A DNA stretch of 64,000 bases from an uncultured Planctomycetales bacterium (GCA_964390905.1 CAYMLO010000010.1:18186-82185), one strand, 5' to 3'. Counted from the first letter of the stretch, positions 17,055 through 27,566 are shown. The notes: a model not told the origin generated them from the letters alone. A program made the numbers and translations.

Positions 17055-18653
17055 ATGAACCACAGCGGCCGTATCGCAAGGCGGGAGTTTCTGCAGACCG
17101 TGGCAGCCGGTGCCCTCGCCACCGGCGTCGGCGGACCAGATGCACGCGCCGGAACCGCGACGGACCAGCAGCCGAACGCCAAGCGCCGGAAACGACGACC
17201 CAACCTCCTGGTCATCATGTCCGACGAGCACGATCCGGCCATCACCGGCTGCTATCGCAACCGGACCGTTCGAACGCCAAACCTGGATCGGCTGGCCGGG
17301 CGCGGGGTGACGTTCGACTGTGCGTACACGAATTCGCCGCTATGCGTCCCGTCTCGGCTGGCGTTCACGGCGGGCAAGTACATCAGCCGAACCGGGGCGT
17401 GGAGCAACAACTGCTGGCTGCCCAGCGCCGACTATCCCTCGCTGCCCCGCATCATGAACGCCGCCGGCTACGAGTCGTTCCTCTGCGGCAAGCTGCACTA
17501 CGATCGCACGCGTCGATACGGTTTCACCGAGATCGGCGGCAACATGAACGGGCATTTCAAGACGGGCCGCGGCGGGCGCCGACGGGCCGACGACACGAAG
17601 GTGAACGTCCGATCGAGAGACCAGCGGTTCAAGGACTTTCGCCCGGGCGAGGATTCCAACATCCTCAAACACGATCGTCAGGTGACAGCCGGCGTCGTCG
17701 ACTTTCTTGGCAAGCGGAAACGCACGGACAAGCCGTTCTTCCTGTTCGCCGGCTACCTCGCGCCGCACTTCCCGCTGATCGTGCCGGAATCCTATTGGGA
17801 CCCTTACAAGGGCAAGGTGCCCATGCCCGTGCTCCCGCCGGGCCACGTCGCGTCGCAATCCCTCAACTACCACCACCTGCGACGCGGATTCGGTGTGGTC
17901 GAGACTGACCCGAAGGTCGTCCGCAAAGGCCGCGAGCTCTACTACGGCCTGACACAGTGGCTGGACGATCAGATCGGCAAGGTCCTCGACGCGCTCGGCA
18001 AGCGCGGCCTGGCCGACGAGACGATCGTGGTCTACACGACCGACCACGGCGAGAACCTCGGCGAGCACGCGCTGTGGTGGAAGAACTGCATGTACGAGCA
18101 CGCCGCCCGCGTCCCGCTGATCGTCAGTTGGCCCGAACGCTGGGCGGGCGGGCAGCGCCGCACCGGCGCATGCTCGATGGTGGACCTGGTTCAGACGATC
18201 GCCGAGATCGGTGGCGCCGACGTGCCGGGCGACTGGAACGGCGACTCGCTGTGCGGCTGGCTCGACGACGGACGCGCGACCTGGAAGGACGTCGCCGTCA
18301 GCGAGTACTACGCCCACAACATCGCCTCGGGCTTCGCCATGCTCCGCTCGGGCAACCACAAGTACGTCTATCACACCCGCATGGACGACACGCACGGACC
18401 CGAGCGCGAGCTGTACGACCTGGCCAAGGACCCCGACGAATTCGTGAACCTCGCCGGCAGGCAGGATCAGGCCTCGCGGATCGACCGCATGCACGCGGCG
18501 TTGGTCAAGGAACTCGGCCGAGATCCCGACGAGACCGAGCAGATCTGCCGGCACGACTACAAGAAGGGCTACGGCCGGCCCAACGAGCCGAAGAAACGCG
18601 GCCGAAAACGCGGAGGCAGGCAGAACAGGAAGGCAACCCGAAAGCGCGGATGA
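17055..18653 (+). CDS. Sulfatase (formylglycine-dependent) with TAT-type signal
   Basis: RREFLQTVAAGALATG twin-arginine signal. Sulfatase signature SPLCVPSRLAFTAGKY (C-x-P-x-R). Lys/Arg-rich C-terminal tail. Confidence 0.85.
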   Translation: MNHSGRIARREFLQTVAAGALATGVGGPDARAGTATDQQPNAKRRKRRPNLLVIMSDEHDPAITGCYRNRTVRTPNLDRLAGRGVTFDCAYTNSPLCVPSRLAFTAGKYISRTGAWSNNCWLPSADYPSLPRIMNAAGYESFLCGKLHYDRTRRYGFTEIGGNMNGHFKTGRGGRRRADDTKVNVRSRDQRFKDFRPGEDSNILKHDRQVTAGVVDFLGKRKRTDKPFFLFAGYLAPHFPLIVPESYWDPYKGKVPMPVLPPGHVASQSLNYHHLRRGFGVVETDPKVVRKGRELYYGLTQWLDDQIGKVLDALGKRGLADETIVVYTTDHGENLGEHALWWKNCMYEHAARVPLIVSWPERWAGGQRRTGACSMVDLVQTIAEIGGADVPGDWNGDSLCGWLDDGRATWKDVAVSEYYAHNIASGFAMLRSGNHKYVYHTRMDDTHGPERELYDLAKDPDEFVNLAGRQDQASRIDRMHAALVKELGRDPDETEQICRHDYKKGYGRPNEPKKRGRKRGGRQNRKATRKRG

Positions 18654-18676
18654 GAGCCGCGCCAGGACCATCAACC

Positions 18677-19447
18677 ATGGACCGTCCACCAGCGAACGAT
18701 CGGACCCTGACGCACGCCGAGCTGCTCGAGCTCAAGCGGCTCGACACGCCCACGATCTACAACGGATGGGAACAGATCACCCAACACAACGCAGCCCGCG
18801 ATTGCTTCAACCGCGAGGAGGTACACGACTTCATGCCGCACATGGGCCCGATGGTGGGCTACGCGGTGACCGTCGTGATCGAGCCGAGCAACGCAGAACA
18901 CCCGCAGGCCAACCCCCGCGCGTGGAGCGACTACCGTCGATACGTCGCGGGCACGCCGGGCCCGAAGATCGTCGTGATCCAGGACCTCGACAAGCCCGAC
19001 GTGATCGGCTCGTTCTGGGGCGAGGTCAACAGCAACGTCCACCGCGCCTTAGGCTGCGTGGGCACGATCGTCGACGGAGCCATCCGCGACCTCGACGGGA
19101 TGTGCAACGCGGGGTTCAAGGCCCTGGCTCGCCGGCTGTGCGTGGGCCACGCCCACGCCTGGCCCGTCCGCTGGGATTGCGACGTCGAGGTCTTCGGCAC
19201 ACCCATCCGCCCGGGCACGCTCGTCCACGCCGATCAGCACGGATTCCTGGCCATCCCCGAACAAGACCAGGCGCGCTTGCTCGACGCTGCCCGGTTCATG
19301 GACACCAACGAGTGCAACACGATGATCTCAACCGCGCGGGAGGCCGCCGGACAACCGATAGACCAGATCCTCGAGCGCCTCGACCAGGTTGAGACCGAAT
19401 TCGGCAAGGCCGCCCGCGACAAGTTCGGCAGGAAGGGCGAATGGTAG
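18677..19447 (+). CDS. RraA-family protein (4-hydroxy-4-methyl-2-oxoglutarate aldolase-like)
   Basis: Region VVIQDLDKPDVIGSFWGEVNSNVHRALGCVGTIVDGAIRDLD matches the RraA/DlpA family pattern. Start taken at ATG 18677, because upstream track ORF 17957.. overlaps the sulfatase gene. Confidence 0.65.
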   Translation: MDRPPANDRTLTHAELLELKRLDTPTIYNGWEQITQHNAARDCFNREEVHDFMPHMGPMVGYAVTVVIEPSNAEHPQANPRAWSDYRRYVAGTPGPKIVVIQDLDKPDVIGSFWGEVNSNVHRALGCVGTIVDGAIRDLDGMCNAGFKALARRLCVGHAHAWPVRWDCDVEVFGTPIRPGTLVHADQHGFLAIPEQDQARLLDAARFMDTNECNTMISTAREAAGQPIDQILERLDQVETEFGKAARDKFGRKGEW

Positions 19448-19468
19448 GCGCCCCACGCCCCGGATTGG

Positions 19469-21985
19469 TCATGACGACGGCGTGTTCGCGGCGTCGATTC
19501 GCTTGTAGGTGACGACCATCGCGGCCGGCTGCTCGGTCGTGTCGATGCGCAGGCCCTTCTGCATCAGCTCCCGGCCCGTCATCTCGACGGGTTCGGGCTT
19601 GTCCAGGTCGGTCGCGCGATAGCGGGCGTCGGGCACCAGGCCCCGCAGCTTGAACCGCGCCGCCTCGTAGATGCTGTCCTCCCGCCGAAAGGCCTGCACC
19701 ATCCCCTCCCCAAGGTCGGGCCGGTCGAACTGCCACACGATCCAGTCGTGGTTGGCCAAGCTATAGGCGCTCAGCGGGTAGTAGTCGCCGAAGAAGTACT
19801 TCCCGAAATCCCGCCACTGTCCCAAGATCCGGCGGACCTCGTCGAAGTTGAGGTCCTTGCGCCGCATGTCGAAACACGCGGTGAAATGCGGGCACAGCAC
19901 GCTCCGCAGGCGATAGGCGTCCATGGCGCCCGAGCCGGTCCCATAGTAGGGCATCCACCACGCGATGCCGTACGTGTGACACTGGTTGCCCACCGGCTCG
20001 ATGATGTAGTCGCTGCGGAGCAACGGCACGGCGCGACGGAGCGTCTCCAGATCGTTCCGCCGCCCGCCCGATGCGCACGAGTCGATCAGCATGTTGGGGT
20101 GGCGGCGGCGAAGCTCGTCCCAGTACGCCAGGTAACCCTCGACGTGCCGGATCTCGGTGATGCCCTGCCGGTCCTTGGCGTCGTTGGCCCGCCAGTAGCC
20201 GAGCGGATCGATGTTGAAGTCCTGGCGGTACAAGTCGATGCCCTGCTCGGTGAGCAATCGATCGACGTGATCGGTCAGCCATTTTCGGGCCTCGGGATTG
20301 CCCAGGTTCAGCAGTTTCTGCTGGCCGTCCGGGCCGAGCAGCCACTCGGGGTGCTTCTCGTACAGCCACGTGCCCGGCGTGACCCGTTCGGGCTCGAACC
20401 ACACGATAATCTTGACGCCCTTGGCGTGGGCGTGGTCGCAGATGGGCCGCAGCCCGCCCGGGAAGCGGTTGGTGTCGACCTCCCACGTCCCCGTGTTGGG
20501 CCAGCCGGACTTGTTCCAGTACCAGCCCGCGTCCATCCACCAGTAATCGAGCTTCAGCCGCTCGCCCAAGTAGCGGTCGATGAACATGAGCTGGCTGGCC
20601 GTGTTGGCGTGAATCATCTCGCCGTACTGGTGTGAGCTACAGGCGGCCATCTGGACGGGGGGCAGCTTGCCGCCCGGGCGCGGCAGGTTGTGGGCCAGCA
20701 TCCACCGCCGCCAGACGTTCTGCGATCGAATGCGATCGCCCTTCCAGAACTGCAGGACGATCATCGGCGTGCGGACCTCTTCACCGGGGCGAAGCTTGAA
20801 ATGCGTCAGCTCCTGGCCCGCGCGGACCCGTAGCCCCACGCCGTCATCCCGCGTGAACCGCGCCGCCCACTGGCCCGGCCAGGCAACGACGGCAATCACG
20901 CCCTCGCTGAGCCATTCGAGGTTGAAGTAGGGCAGGTCGCTGTTGGTCGGCCGACCGCCCGACGTGGCGATCCGCTTGTCGGCCTTGGCGCCGAGCGAGG
21001 TCCGGTGCGGTTGGTAATCGTTCGGCCTGCAAATGCTGCCCGTCTGGTGATGCAGCGCAAACTCGCAGAGCCGCTCGGGCCCGACCGGCGCGACGGGGTA
21101 GCGCTCGAAACGCGTGTCCAAGGCTTGGACGTCCGACAGGATCGGCGTGTCCGCCGAGCCCGTGTTCTTAAAGTAGAGGGTCCATTCGACGGTCGGGAAG
21201 TCGTGGTAGGCGATGGCGACGCACCGGACGACCAGGCCGGTGGCCGGGTCCGTGTATTCGATCGTGTGCTCCGTACGACGATCGTCCAGTCGCTTGTGAC
21301 GGCGGGCCAGTTTCCATCCTTTGAGCAGGTCCGCCGACGGCTTGCCGCCGTACACGAAGGAGAACGGCGGATCGGGCGTGTAATGCTTGACCTGCTGACC
21401 CTCGAGCACGGGCAGGTCGGCCAGCCAGATCGTGTGCCCGTCGGCCAGCGTCACGCGGGCCTCGGCCCAATCCGCCTGGTCGCAGGCGATGCCGTCCCCC
21501 GCGTCGCCCACCTCCAGCACGAACTCGGTCGCGCCGCCCAGATCGACCTGGACGGGCACGCCGGACATCCCCTCGCGCATGACGTCGGACCGGAACGCCA
21601 CCTTGTCACCCACGCGGACGGCAAACACGATGCTGCCCCGACCGGGCATGGTCTGGACGTTGCTGTCCACGCCCACCATCGCCGCAAACGTCTTGCCCGG
21701 CCCCGGTAGCTCTACGACGACCTTGCTGACAGCGTGGCAGAACAGGCCGCGATGGGTCCGCGTCTTGCCGATGCGGAGCGGCAGACCCGCCCACGCGTTC
21801 TTCTGCACCGGGTCGTTGTTGGCCAACACGACCAGGCCGAAGTCGGGCAGCTCGAGTCGTGCGTCCGGCGCGAACTTCGCCGATACCCAGCGCATGGCCG
21901 CCACCATCTCGTCCGGCGTGGGCCGGCACTGATCGGAAGGATTCGCGAGCAGTATCAGCAACAGGGGGCTCACACCAGCGTTCAT
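19469..21985 (-). CDS. GH36-type alpha-galactosidase with N-terminal NPCBM-like domain
   Basis: WFEPERVTPGTWLYEKHPEWLL, LYRQDFNI and CASGGRRNDLETL resemble the GH36 catalytic domain. The N-terminal GVDSN...GSIVFAVRVGDK...DQADWAEARV resembles NPCBM. ATG 21985 is preferred (GGAGGAG upstream, signal-like MNAGVSPLLLILLA); ATG 22003 is also possible. Confidence 0.7.
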   Translation of the reverse strand: MNAGVSPLLLILLANPSDQCRPTPDEMVAAMRWVSAKFAPDARLELPDFGLVVLANNDPVQKNAWAGLPLRIGKTRTHRGLFCHAVSKVVVELPGPGKTFAAMVGVDSNVQTMPGRGSIVFAVRVGDKVAFRSDVMREGMSGVPVQVDLGGATEFVLEVGDAGDGIACDQADWAEARVTLADGHTIWLADLPVLEGQQVKHYTPDPPFSFVYGGKPSADLLKGWKLARRHKRLDDRRTEHTIEYTDPATGLVVRCVAIAYHDFPTVEWTLYFKNTGSADTPILSDVQALDTRFERYPVAPVGPERLCEFALHHQTGSICRPNDYQPHRTSLGAKADKRIATSGGRPTNSDLPYFNLEWLSEGVIAVVAWPGQWAARFTRDDGVGLRVRAGQELTHFKLRPGEEVRTPMIVLQFWKGDRIRSQNVWRRWMLAHNLPRPGGKLPPVQMAACSSHQYGEMIHANTASQLMFIDRYLGERLKLDYWWMDAGWYWNKSGWPNTGTWEVDTNRFPGGLRPICDHAHAKGVKIIVWFEPERVTPGTWLYEKHPEWLLGPDGQQKLLNLGNPEARKWLTDHVDRLLTEQGIDLYRQDFNIDPLGYWRANDAKDRQGITEIRHVEGYLAYWDELRRRHPNMLIDSCASGGRRNDLETLRRAVPLLRSDYIIEPVGNQCHTYGIAWWMPYYGTGSGAMDAYRLRSVLCPHFTACFDMRRKDLNFDEVRRILGQWRDFGKYFFGDYYPLSAYSLANHDWIVWQFDRPDLGEGMVQAFRREDSIYEAARFKLRGLVPDARYRATDLDKPEPVEMTGRELMQKGLRIDTTEQPAAMVVTYKRIDAANTPSS

Positions 21986-22054
21986 CGAATAAGTCTCCTC
22001 CATGCGCCGCTCCCGGGGTGCGTCACGGCGGTGGCATGTTCCATTCAGCGACCG

Positions 22055-23593
22055 TCACTCGCTCCGCCAGAACCGCGGCATGAACAAAACGAAGACGGCG
22101 TAGACCTCCAACCGGCCCAAGACCATCAGCAGCGACATGACGATCTTGGCCTGGGGCGAGAACCAGCCGTAGTTGGCCGTGGCCGAGACCTCAGCCAGCC
22201 CCGGGCCGATGTTGTTCAGCGTGGCGGCCGAGGCGGTCGCGGCGGTCGCGATGTCGATGTCCGTGCCCGTCTGACACACCATGATCAGGATCGTCCCGGC
22301 GGCAAACAGAAACAACACCAGACAGAGATAAACCATGGTGGCGAGCTTGAGGTCTGGATCGATGGCGGCCTTGCCCACGCGGATCGTGCGGACGACGTTC
22401 GGGCGGAAGACCTTCTCCAGCTCCGCCCACATGATCTTGGCGGCCATCATGATCCGGACGACCTTGATCCCGCCGCCCGTCGAGCCGCCCGAGGCCCCGA
22501 TGAACATGAGGATCAACAAGGTGCACTTGGCCACGAAGGGCCAATGGTCGAACTCGGCCGTGCAGAAACCGGTCGTGGTCTGCAGGGACACTGCGTGAAA
22601 CAAACCATAGCGAACGGCCGTGCCAAGAGACGGGCCGACGTGATCCTCCCGCGTCGTCGTCACGACGCTCGGAGCGATCGAGGCGACGATCAGGCACGTG
22701 GCCACCACGATAATGAGAAGGTAAACGCGCAGCTCGCGGTCCTGAAAGACCGCCGACCACCGCCCGCCCGCCATCCGGTAGTAAAGCCCGAAGTTCACCC
22801 CGGCCAGGATCATGAAGACGATGATCACGCCCTCGATCGCCACCGAGTCGTAATGCCCGACCGAGGCGTTTCGGGTCGAGAACCCGCCGGTGGCCAACGT
22901 GGCGAACGTGTGGCAGAGCGCCTCGAACCACGTCATGCCGAGCAGTCGAAGCAGCGTCGCCTCCGCGACGGTCAGCATCAGGTAGATCAGCCACAGGACC
23001 CGCGCGGCCTCGCCGATCTTGGGGCGCACACCCTCGGGTACCGGACCCGGCGATTCGATGCGAAACAGCCGCTTACCCCCGACCCCCAACGCCGGGAAGA
23101 CGGCCACGAACAGCACGATGATGCCCAGACCGCCCAGCCAGTGGGTGAACGCCCGCCAGAACAGAATCGCCGGCGGGCAGGCCTCGATATTCGTCAGGAC
23201 CGACGCACCCGTCGTCGTCAGGCCCGACATCGCCTCGAAGTAGCAGTTAACGTACATCGAGAACGGACTGACGTGGTCGAGGTGACCCTGGAGCTTCGCC
23301 CACAGGTAGAACGGCAGCCCGGCCAGGGCGGCGATGCTCAGCCACGAGACCCCCACCAGCAGCAGCGCCTCGCGCCGACGCAGACCCGAGCGACTGCCCC
23401 GCCCCTTGAGATACGCCCCCACGCCGAGAGCCAGGCAAACGCCGATGCTGATCGAGAACGCGACGATGGCGGGCCATTCGTCCGCATTGCCCTGGCGGTA
23501 GTCACCGATCGCCCAGGCCAGGCTCAACACCATCGACCCGCCCAGCACGACCAGAAGCACCCCGAGTTGGCGTAGGACGAACCGATAGTCCAC
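22055..23593 (-). CDS. trkH: TrkH-family potassium uptake membrane protein
   Basis: 512-aa polytopic protein with repeated selectivity-filter-like segments (LTTTGAS, LATGGFS, LQTTTGF, SGGSTGGGIK). Lies directly downstream of trkA. Confidence 0.85.
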   Translation of the reverse strand: MDYRFVLRQLGVLLVVLGGSMVLSLAWAIGDYRQGNADEWPAIVAFSISIGVCLALGVGAYLKGRGSRSGLRRREALLLVGVSWLSIAALAGLPFYLWAKLQGHLDHVSPFSMYVNCYFEAMSGLTTTGASVLTNIEACPPAILFWRAFTHWLGGLGIIVLFVAVFPALGVGGKRLFRIESPGPVPEGVRPKIGEAARVLWLIYLMLTVAEATLLRLLGMTWFEALCHTFATLATGGFSTRNASVGHYDSVAIEGVIIVFMILAGVNFGLYYRMAGGRWSAVFQDRELRVYLLIIVVATCLIVASIAPSVVTTTREDHVGPSLGTAVRYGLFHAVSLQTTTGFCTAEFDHWPFVAKCTLLILMFIGASGGSTGGGIKVVRIMMAAKIMWAELEKVFRPNVVRTIRVGKAAIDPDLKLATMVYLCLVLFLFAAGTILIMVCQTGTDIDIATAATASAATLNNIGPGLAEVSATANYGWFSPQAKIVMSLLMVLGRLEVYAVFVLFMPRFWRSE

Positions 23594-23596
23594 GCG

Positions 23597-24943
23597 TCAC
23601 CTGCCCAGAAAGAACTTGCGGAGCTCCCGTTCCATCCCGTGCCGTGCGATGACGACGATGGCGTCTCCCGGCTCGATGTGGTCCTCGGCCGTGAAAACGC
23701 GAACGTCGTCGCCACGCTGGACGGCCGCAACCATCACACCGGGGGGAAACTGGACGCTGATGAGCGGTCGCCCGACCGCGGCCGAGTCCTCGTGCGGCAA
23801 GACCTGGTAGACGTCGGCCACGCCTTCCGCCAACGTCGCCATCAGCTGCACGGGCGATTCATCGGCGATTCGCAGGATCTCCCGAGCCGCGATGATGCGG
23901 GGCGAGAACGCACGATCCAGGCCAATCTGCTCGAGGAGATTCAGATAGGTAGGTCGCTGGATGACGACGATGCTCCGTTCCACGCCCATGGACTTGGCCT
24001 GCACTGCCGCCAGGATGTTGTGCTCGTCGTCTTCGGACAGGGCAATGAACACATCAGCGTCTTCGATCCGCTCTTCGCTGAAGGTGGCCAGGCTCGTGGG
24101 GTCGCCCTCGATGACCGTCACGTGATCGAGCTTGTTCGACAGCTCTTCGGCCCGAACCCGGCGGCGGACGAACAACCGGATCGAGAACGGCTGCCCGCGA
24201 AACTGCCTTGACAGCCAGACCCCCGTCGCCGATCCCCCCATGATGACCATGCTCCGTCTGGGTTCCCGGCCGGTCTGGAAGACCCGCTTGACCTTCTCGA
24301 ACATGGCCGTCTCGCCGAGCATCGTGACGATGTCGCCCGCCTCAAGCACGGTGTTCGCGTCGGGGATGAAGACCTCTCCGCCGCGCTCGACCGTTCCGAG
24401 CAGAAACCCATGCGGCAGCTTGTCCCGCAGGTCGATCAGGGGTTGGCCCAACGCCGAAGCATCCGGGGAGACGGCGAGCTGCTGCATCTCGATCCGGCCC
24501 CGCGCGAAATGCTCGATGGCCATCGCGCCCGGGTTCCGAACGATCCGCGCGATCTCCAACGCCGTCAGGTACTCCGGAAAGACCAGCGCGTCGATGTTGA
24601 GCCGCGCGGCGAAGTCGGTCCCGGAGCCGGGATGGTACGTGGAGTGGTGGGCACGGGCGATGGTCTTCTTGGCGCCGAAAGACTTGGCGACCGTCGCGCA
24701 GAGCAGATTGGTCTCGTCGGCGTCCGTGGCGGCCACGAGCAGGTCGCACGTCGCCACCCCCGCCTCGCCCAGTACCTGCGCGTCGCACGCCATCCCGTGC
24801 AGCGTCCGAACGTCGAGCGTGTCCTCAATCGCCTCGAGCGTCTCGAGGGACATGTCGATCATCACGATGTTGTGACCGGCGCCCGCCAGGACCTCAGCGG
24901 CGTGGCGACCGACCTCACCGGCGCCGGCGATGATGATGTTCAT
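23597..24943 (-). CDS. trkA: Trk system NAD-binding component TrkA
   Basis: Two RCK N-terminal motifs (MNIIIAGAGEVGRHAA, VIMGGSATGVWLS), each followed by a TrkA-C region. Confidence 0.85.
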   Translation of the reverse strand: MNIIIAGAGEVGRHAAEVLAGAGHNIVMIDMSLETLEAIEDTLDVRTLHGMACDAQVLGEAGVATCDLLVAATDADETNLLCATVAKSFGAKKTIARAHHSTYHPGSGTDFAARLNIDALVFPEYLTALEIARIVRNPGAMAIEHFARGRIEMQQLAVSPDASALGQPLIDLRDKLPHGFLLGTVERGGEVFIPDANTVLEAGDIVTMLGETAMFEKVKRVFQTGREPRRSMVIMGGSATGVWLSRQFRGQPFSIRLFVRRRVRAEELSNKLDHVTVIEGDPTSLATFSEERIEDADVFIALSEDDEHNILAAVQAKSMGVERSIVVIQRPTYLNLLEQIGLDRAFSPRIIAAREILRIADESPVQLMATLAEGVADVYQVLPHEDSAAVGRPLISVQFPPGVMVAAVQRGDDVRVFTAEDHIEPGDAIVVIARHGMERELRKFFLGR

Positions 24944-25078
24944 GACGCGTCACCCGTTGCGGCGGATCATACTCGCAACGAAGGAACGATGGAACCACGA
25001 TGCCAAGAGCGATTCAAACGGCGGGCCAGCCGCTCAACCACGGTCCAGAAGACCAGGTGAAGGCCGTCCGTGTCGATA

Positions 25079-25957
25079 TCAGAAGCGTGGACGGTCCAGA
25101 TCCAGGACGCCCTTCTTCGAGTCTTTGGCTGCGCGGAACGCGATGACGCCGTCCTTGGCGTCCAGGGGCCAGCCCTTCGGGTCACCGCCGAACACGCCGT
25201 CCGCATTCTCGTAGATCAGATCCTTGTGCGGATAGGGTCGCTTCCTGGGGAACGCCTTGCGCGGAAGGCCACAGGCAGCCGTGTGCTCGAACGCGACGTG
25301 ACCGTCCAGGAACAGAACGCACTGCCCCTCGCCGTGATGATGGGCGCTATTGTAGGCCTTCCACCGCTCCGCTCCCCATTTGTTGAAGTCCTTGTCCTTC
25401 CCGGCCCGGCCTGCAGCACCCACGGGCCCTACGGACGTGAAGCACTTGTCGGCGATGACGGGCATGCCCGGATCAAGGGCCTCGCGCGGCTTGGCCGCCG
25501 ACGGGCCATAGGGATGCTGATACCCGTAGCTCAGATTCTTGGCAGACATGAAATCGTGGAACGGCATCGGGTTGGCCGTCGAGTCCACCTTGTCGGTGCA
25601 GCCCCTACCCGGACAAACGAACATCCGGAACGTCGTGCTGCCCATCCTGACGAGGAGGAAGAGGGACTGGCCGATGCTGGGGTCGGCGTGCGCGAGATCG
25701 CCGTGTTGTCGGTGCATTCCGATCGCCGATAGGCCCTCAAACTTAGTCTTGTGATGGGGGGCGACCGGCCACCAATCGCAAAAGTCGTTCGCGTAGATCT
25801 TGCAGGCCATCCCAAGGTCGCGGAGGTTCTTGGCACAGGCCGCCCGCCGGCTCACGCCCCCATTTGCGCTCGCGGCGGCAAGCGCCAATCCGATCAGGAG
25901 CAGCACGGCAACGATGACAACGCCCACGTCAACCAGCGTGAATCCTCGCCGATTCAT
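25079..25957 (-). CDS. DUF1559 protein with prepilin-type N-terminal cleavage/methylation motif (H-X9-DG family)
   Basis: N-terminus MNRRGFTLVDVGVVIVAVLLLIGLALAA. C-terminal HHGEGQCVLFLDGHV fits H-X9-DG. The family is abundant in Planctomycetota. Confidence 0.8.
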   Translation of the reverse strand: MNRRGFTLVDVGVVIVAVLLLIGLALAAASANGGVSRRAACAKNLRDLGMACKIYANDFCDWWPVAPHHKTKFEGLSAIGMHRQHGDLAHADPSIGQSLFLLVRMGSTTFRMFVCPGRGCTDKVDSTANPMPFHDFMSAKNLSYGYQHPYGPSAAKPREALDPGMPVIADKCFTSVGPVGAAGRAGKDKDFNKWGAERWKAYNSAHHHGEGQCVLFLDGHVAFEHTAACGLPRKAFPRKRPYPHKDLIYENADGVFGGDPKGWPLDAKDGVIAFRAAKDSKKGVLDLDRPRF

Positions 25958-25993
25958 GACAGATCCTCCGATCCGCCCCCCCCGGGCCGCCGT

Positions 25994-26569
25994 CTACGAA
26001 GCCAGTTTCCGGCCGAACGCTTCGGCCCGTTCCCTCAGCTTCGCGTCCTTGCGAATGCCCTCGACATCCTTGACGCCCGCGGCCACGAACGCGCCGAGCC
26101 ATTCGTTCTTGCTGAACTCGGCCATCCGTCGGCAGGTTTCCGCGGCCAGATCGGCCCCGTCCTTCTCGTCGCCGCCGGCGGTGATGACGGCGGCCATCTT
26201 GCGGCCCGCGATCAGGCAACGGACCTCGGTCTCGCTTTCGAACTTGAACAGACAATAGAACCGGTCGAGGGCCATCTTGAGATACCACGTCACCGACCAG
26301 CAAAAGACCGGCGTCGCAAAGACGATGACGTCGGCCTCGAGGACCTTGGCCAGGACTTCCTGCATTTCGTCTTCAACCACGCACCCCGGTGCGTCCGGGG
26401 TCTGTTGGCAGGCGAAGCACTCGATGCACCCGGCCAGCTCCTGGTACTCCGAGAGCTGAATCACCTCGGTCGTGGCGCCCGCCTCGGCGGCGGCCGCTAA
26501 GATGATATCGAGGACGGCCTGCGTGTTGCCCTCGGGTCGCGGACTGCCCTGGATGGTCAGGATCTTCAT
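25994..26569 (-). CDS. Flavodoxin-like FMN reductase / iron-sulfur flavoprotein family
   Basis: MKILTIQGSPRPEGNT..., Cys cluster CIECFACQ, VFATPVFCWSV. Start moved to ATG 26569 with GGAGGA upstream. Confidence 0.7.
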   Translation of the reverse strand: MKILTIQGSPRPEGNTQAVLDIILAAAAEAGATTEVIQLSEYQELAGCIECFACQQTPDAPGCVVEDEMQEVLAKVLEADVIVFATPVFCWSVTWYLKMALDRFYCLFKFESETEVRCLIAGRKMAAVITAGGDEKDGADLAAETCRRMAEFSKNEWLGAFVAAGVKDVEGIRKDAKLRERAEAFGRKLAS

Positions 26570-26714
26570 GGCATGTTCCTCCACGGTGCTGGCGTGCCCA
26601 ATGCCAGCACGCACCGGCCATTCTAGCGCAGCCATGCGGGCCTGTACACACACCCGGCGACGATCGACCGGCCGACGTGCCAGCCGACGCCGACAGAAGT
26701 ACAATGCCCCCGCC

Positions 26715-27566
26715 ATGAGCCCGAAAGAGGTCACGTTGGACATGTCTGGCGGCTACCAGGCCTTCTCCCGGCTGTGGCTGCCGGACCACCCGACCTCAGC
26801 CGTGCTCTACATCCACGGGATCCAGTCGCATGGCAAGTGGTTCGAGCGATCGGCCGAGCAGCTGGCCTCCGCCGGCTGCGCCGTCATGCTGCCCGACCGC
26901 CGCGGCAGTGGACGCAACCGCACCGATCGCGGCCACGCCGAATCCCCCCGGCAGCTGGTGGACGACCTGATCGTGGCCCTCACCGCCCTCGGCGGACGAA
27001 CCGGGCAGCGCAGCGTGACCGTGGTGGCCGTCAGTTGGGGCGGCAAGCTGGCTCTGGCGCTCGCCCGACGCGTCCCCGACCGACTCCGGCGGCTCGTGCT
27101 GGTTGCCCCCGGGCTGTTCCCACAGGTCGACCTCTCGCCGGCCGAGAAGGGGTCCATCGCGTGGTCGGCCGTCCTCCGGCCTAAGCGGCTGTTCGACGTG
27201 CCCCTGGACGACCCGGAGCTGTTCACCGCCACGGAACGGTGGATCGACTTCATTCGCCACGATCCGCTCTCCGTTCGCCGGGTCACGGCGCGGTTCCTGC
27301 TGACGTCACGTCGACTGGACTGGGAGGTCCGGGCGTACGGTCGCCGGCCGCCGCCCGTGCCCCTCCGCGTCTTCCTGGCCGGGCGGGACCGCATCATCGA
27401 CAACGAACGGACCCGCCGCTTCGTCCGCGACCTGCCCCTGTCCGACCGGGCCATCATCGAGCACCCGGACGCCCACCACACCCTGGAATTCGAGCCCGAT
27501 CCGGCCCCGTACTCCCGGGATCTGGTCGCAGCGGTCCTGGCCCGGAATGGGGCGGCCCCCCCTTGA
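26715..27566 (+). CDS. Alpha/beta hydrolase (lysophospholipase / monoacylglycerol-lipase-like)
   Basis: LYIHGIQSHGKWF, nucleophile-elbow-like AVSWGG, C-terminal HPDAHHTLEFE. Start uncertain; the upstream part of ORF 26472.. overlaps the divergent gene. Confidence 0.6.
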   Translation: MSPKEVTLDMSGGYQAFSRLWLPDHPTSAVLYIHGIQSHGKWFERSAEQLASAGCAVMLPDRRGSGRNRTDRGHAESPRQLVDDLIVALTALGGRTGQRSVTVVAVSWGGKLALALARRVPDRLRRLVLVAPGLFPQVDLSPAEKGSIAWSAVLRPKRLFDVPLDDPELFTATERWIDFIRHDPLSVRRVTARFLLTSRRLDWEVRAYGRRPPPVPLRVFLAGRDRIIDNERTRRFVRDLPLSDRAIIEHPDAHHTLEFEPDPAPYSRDLVAAVLARNGAAPP

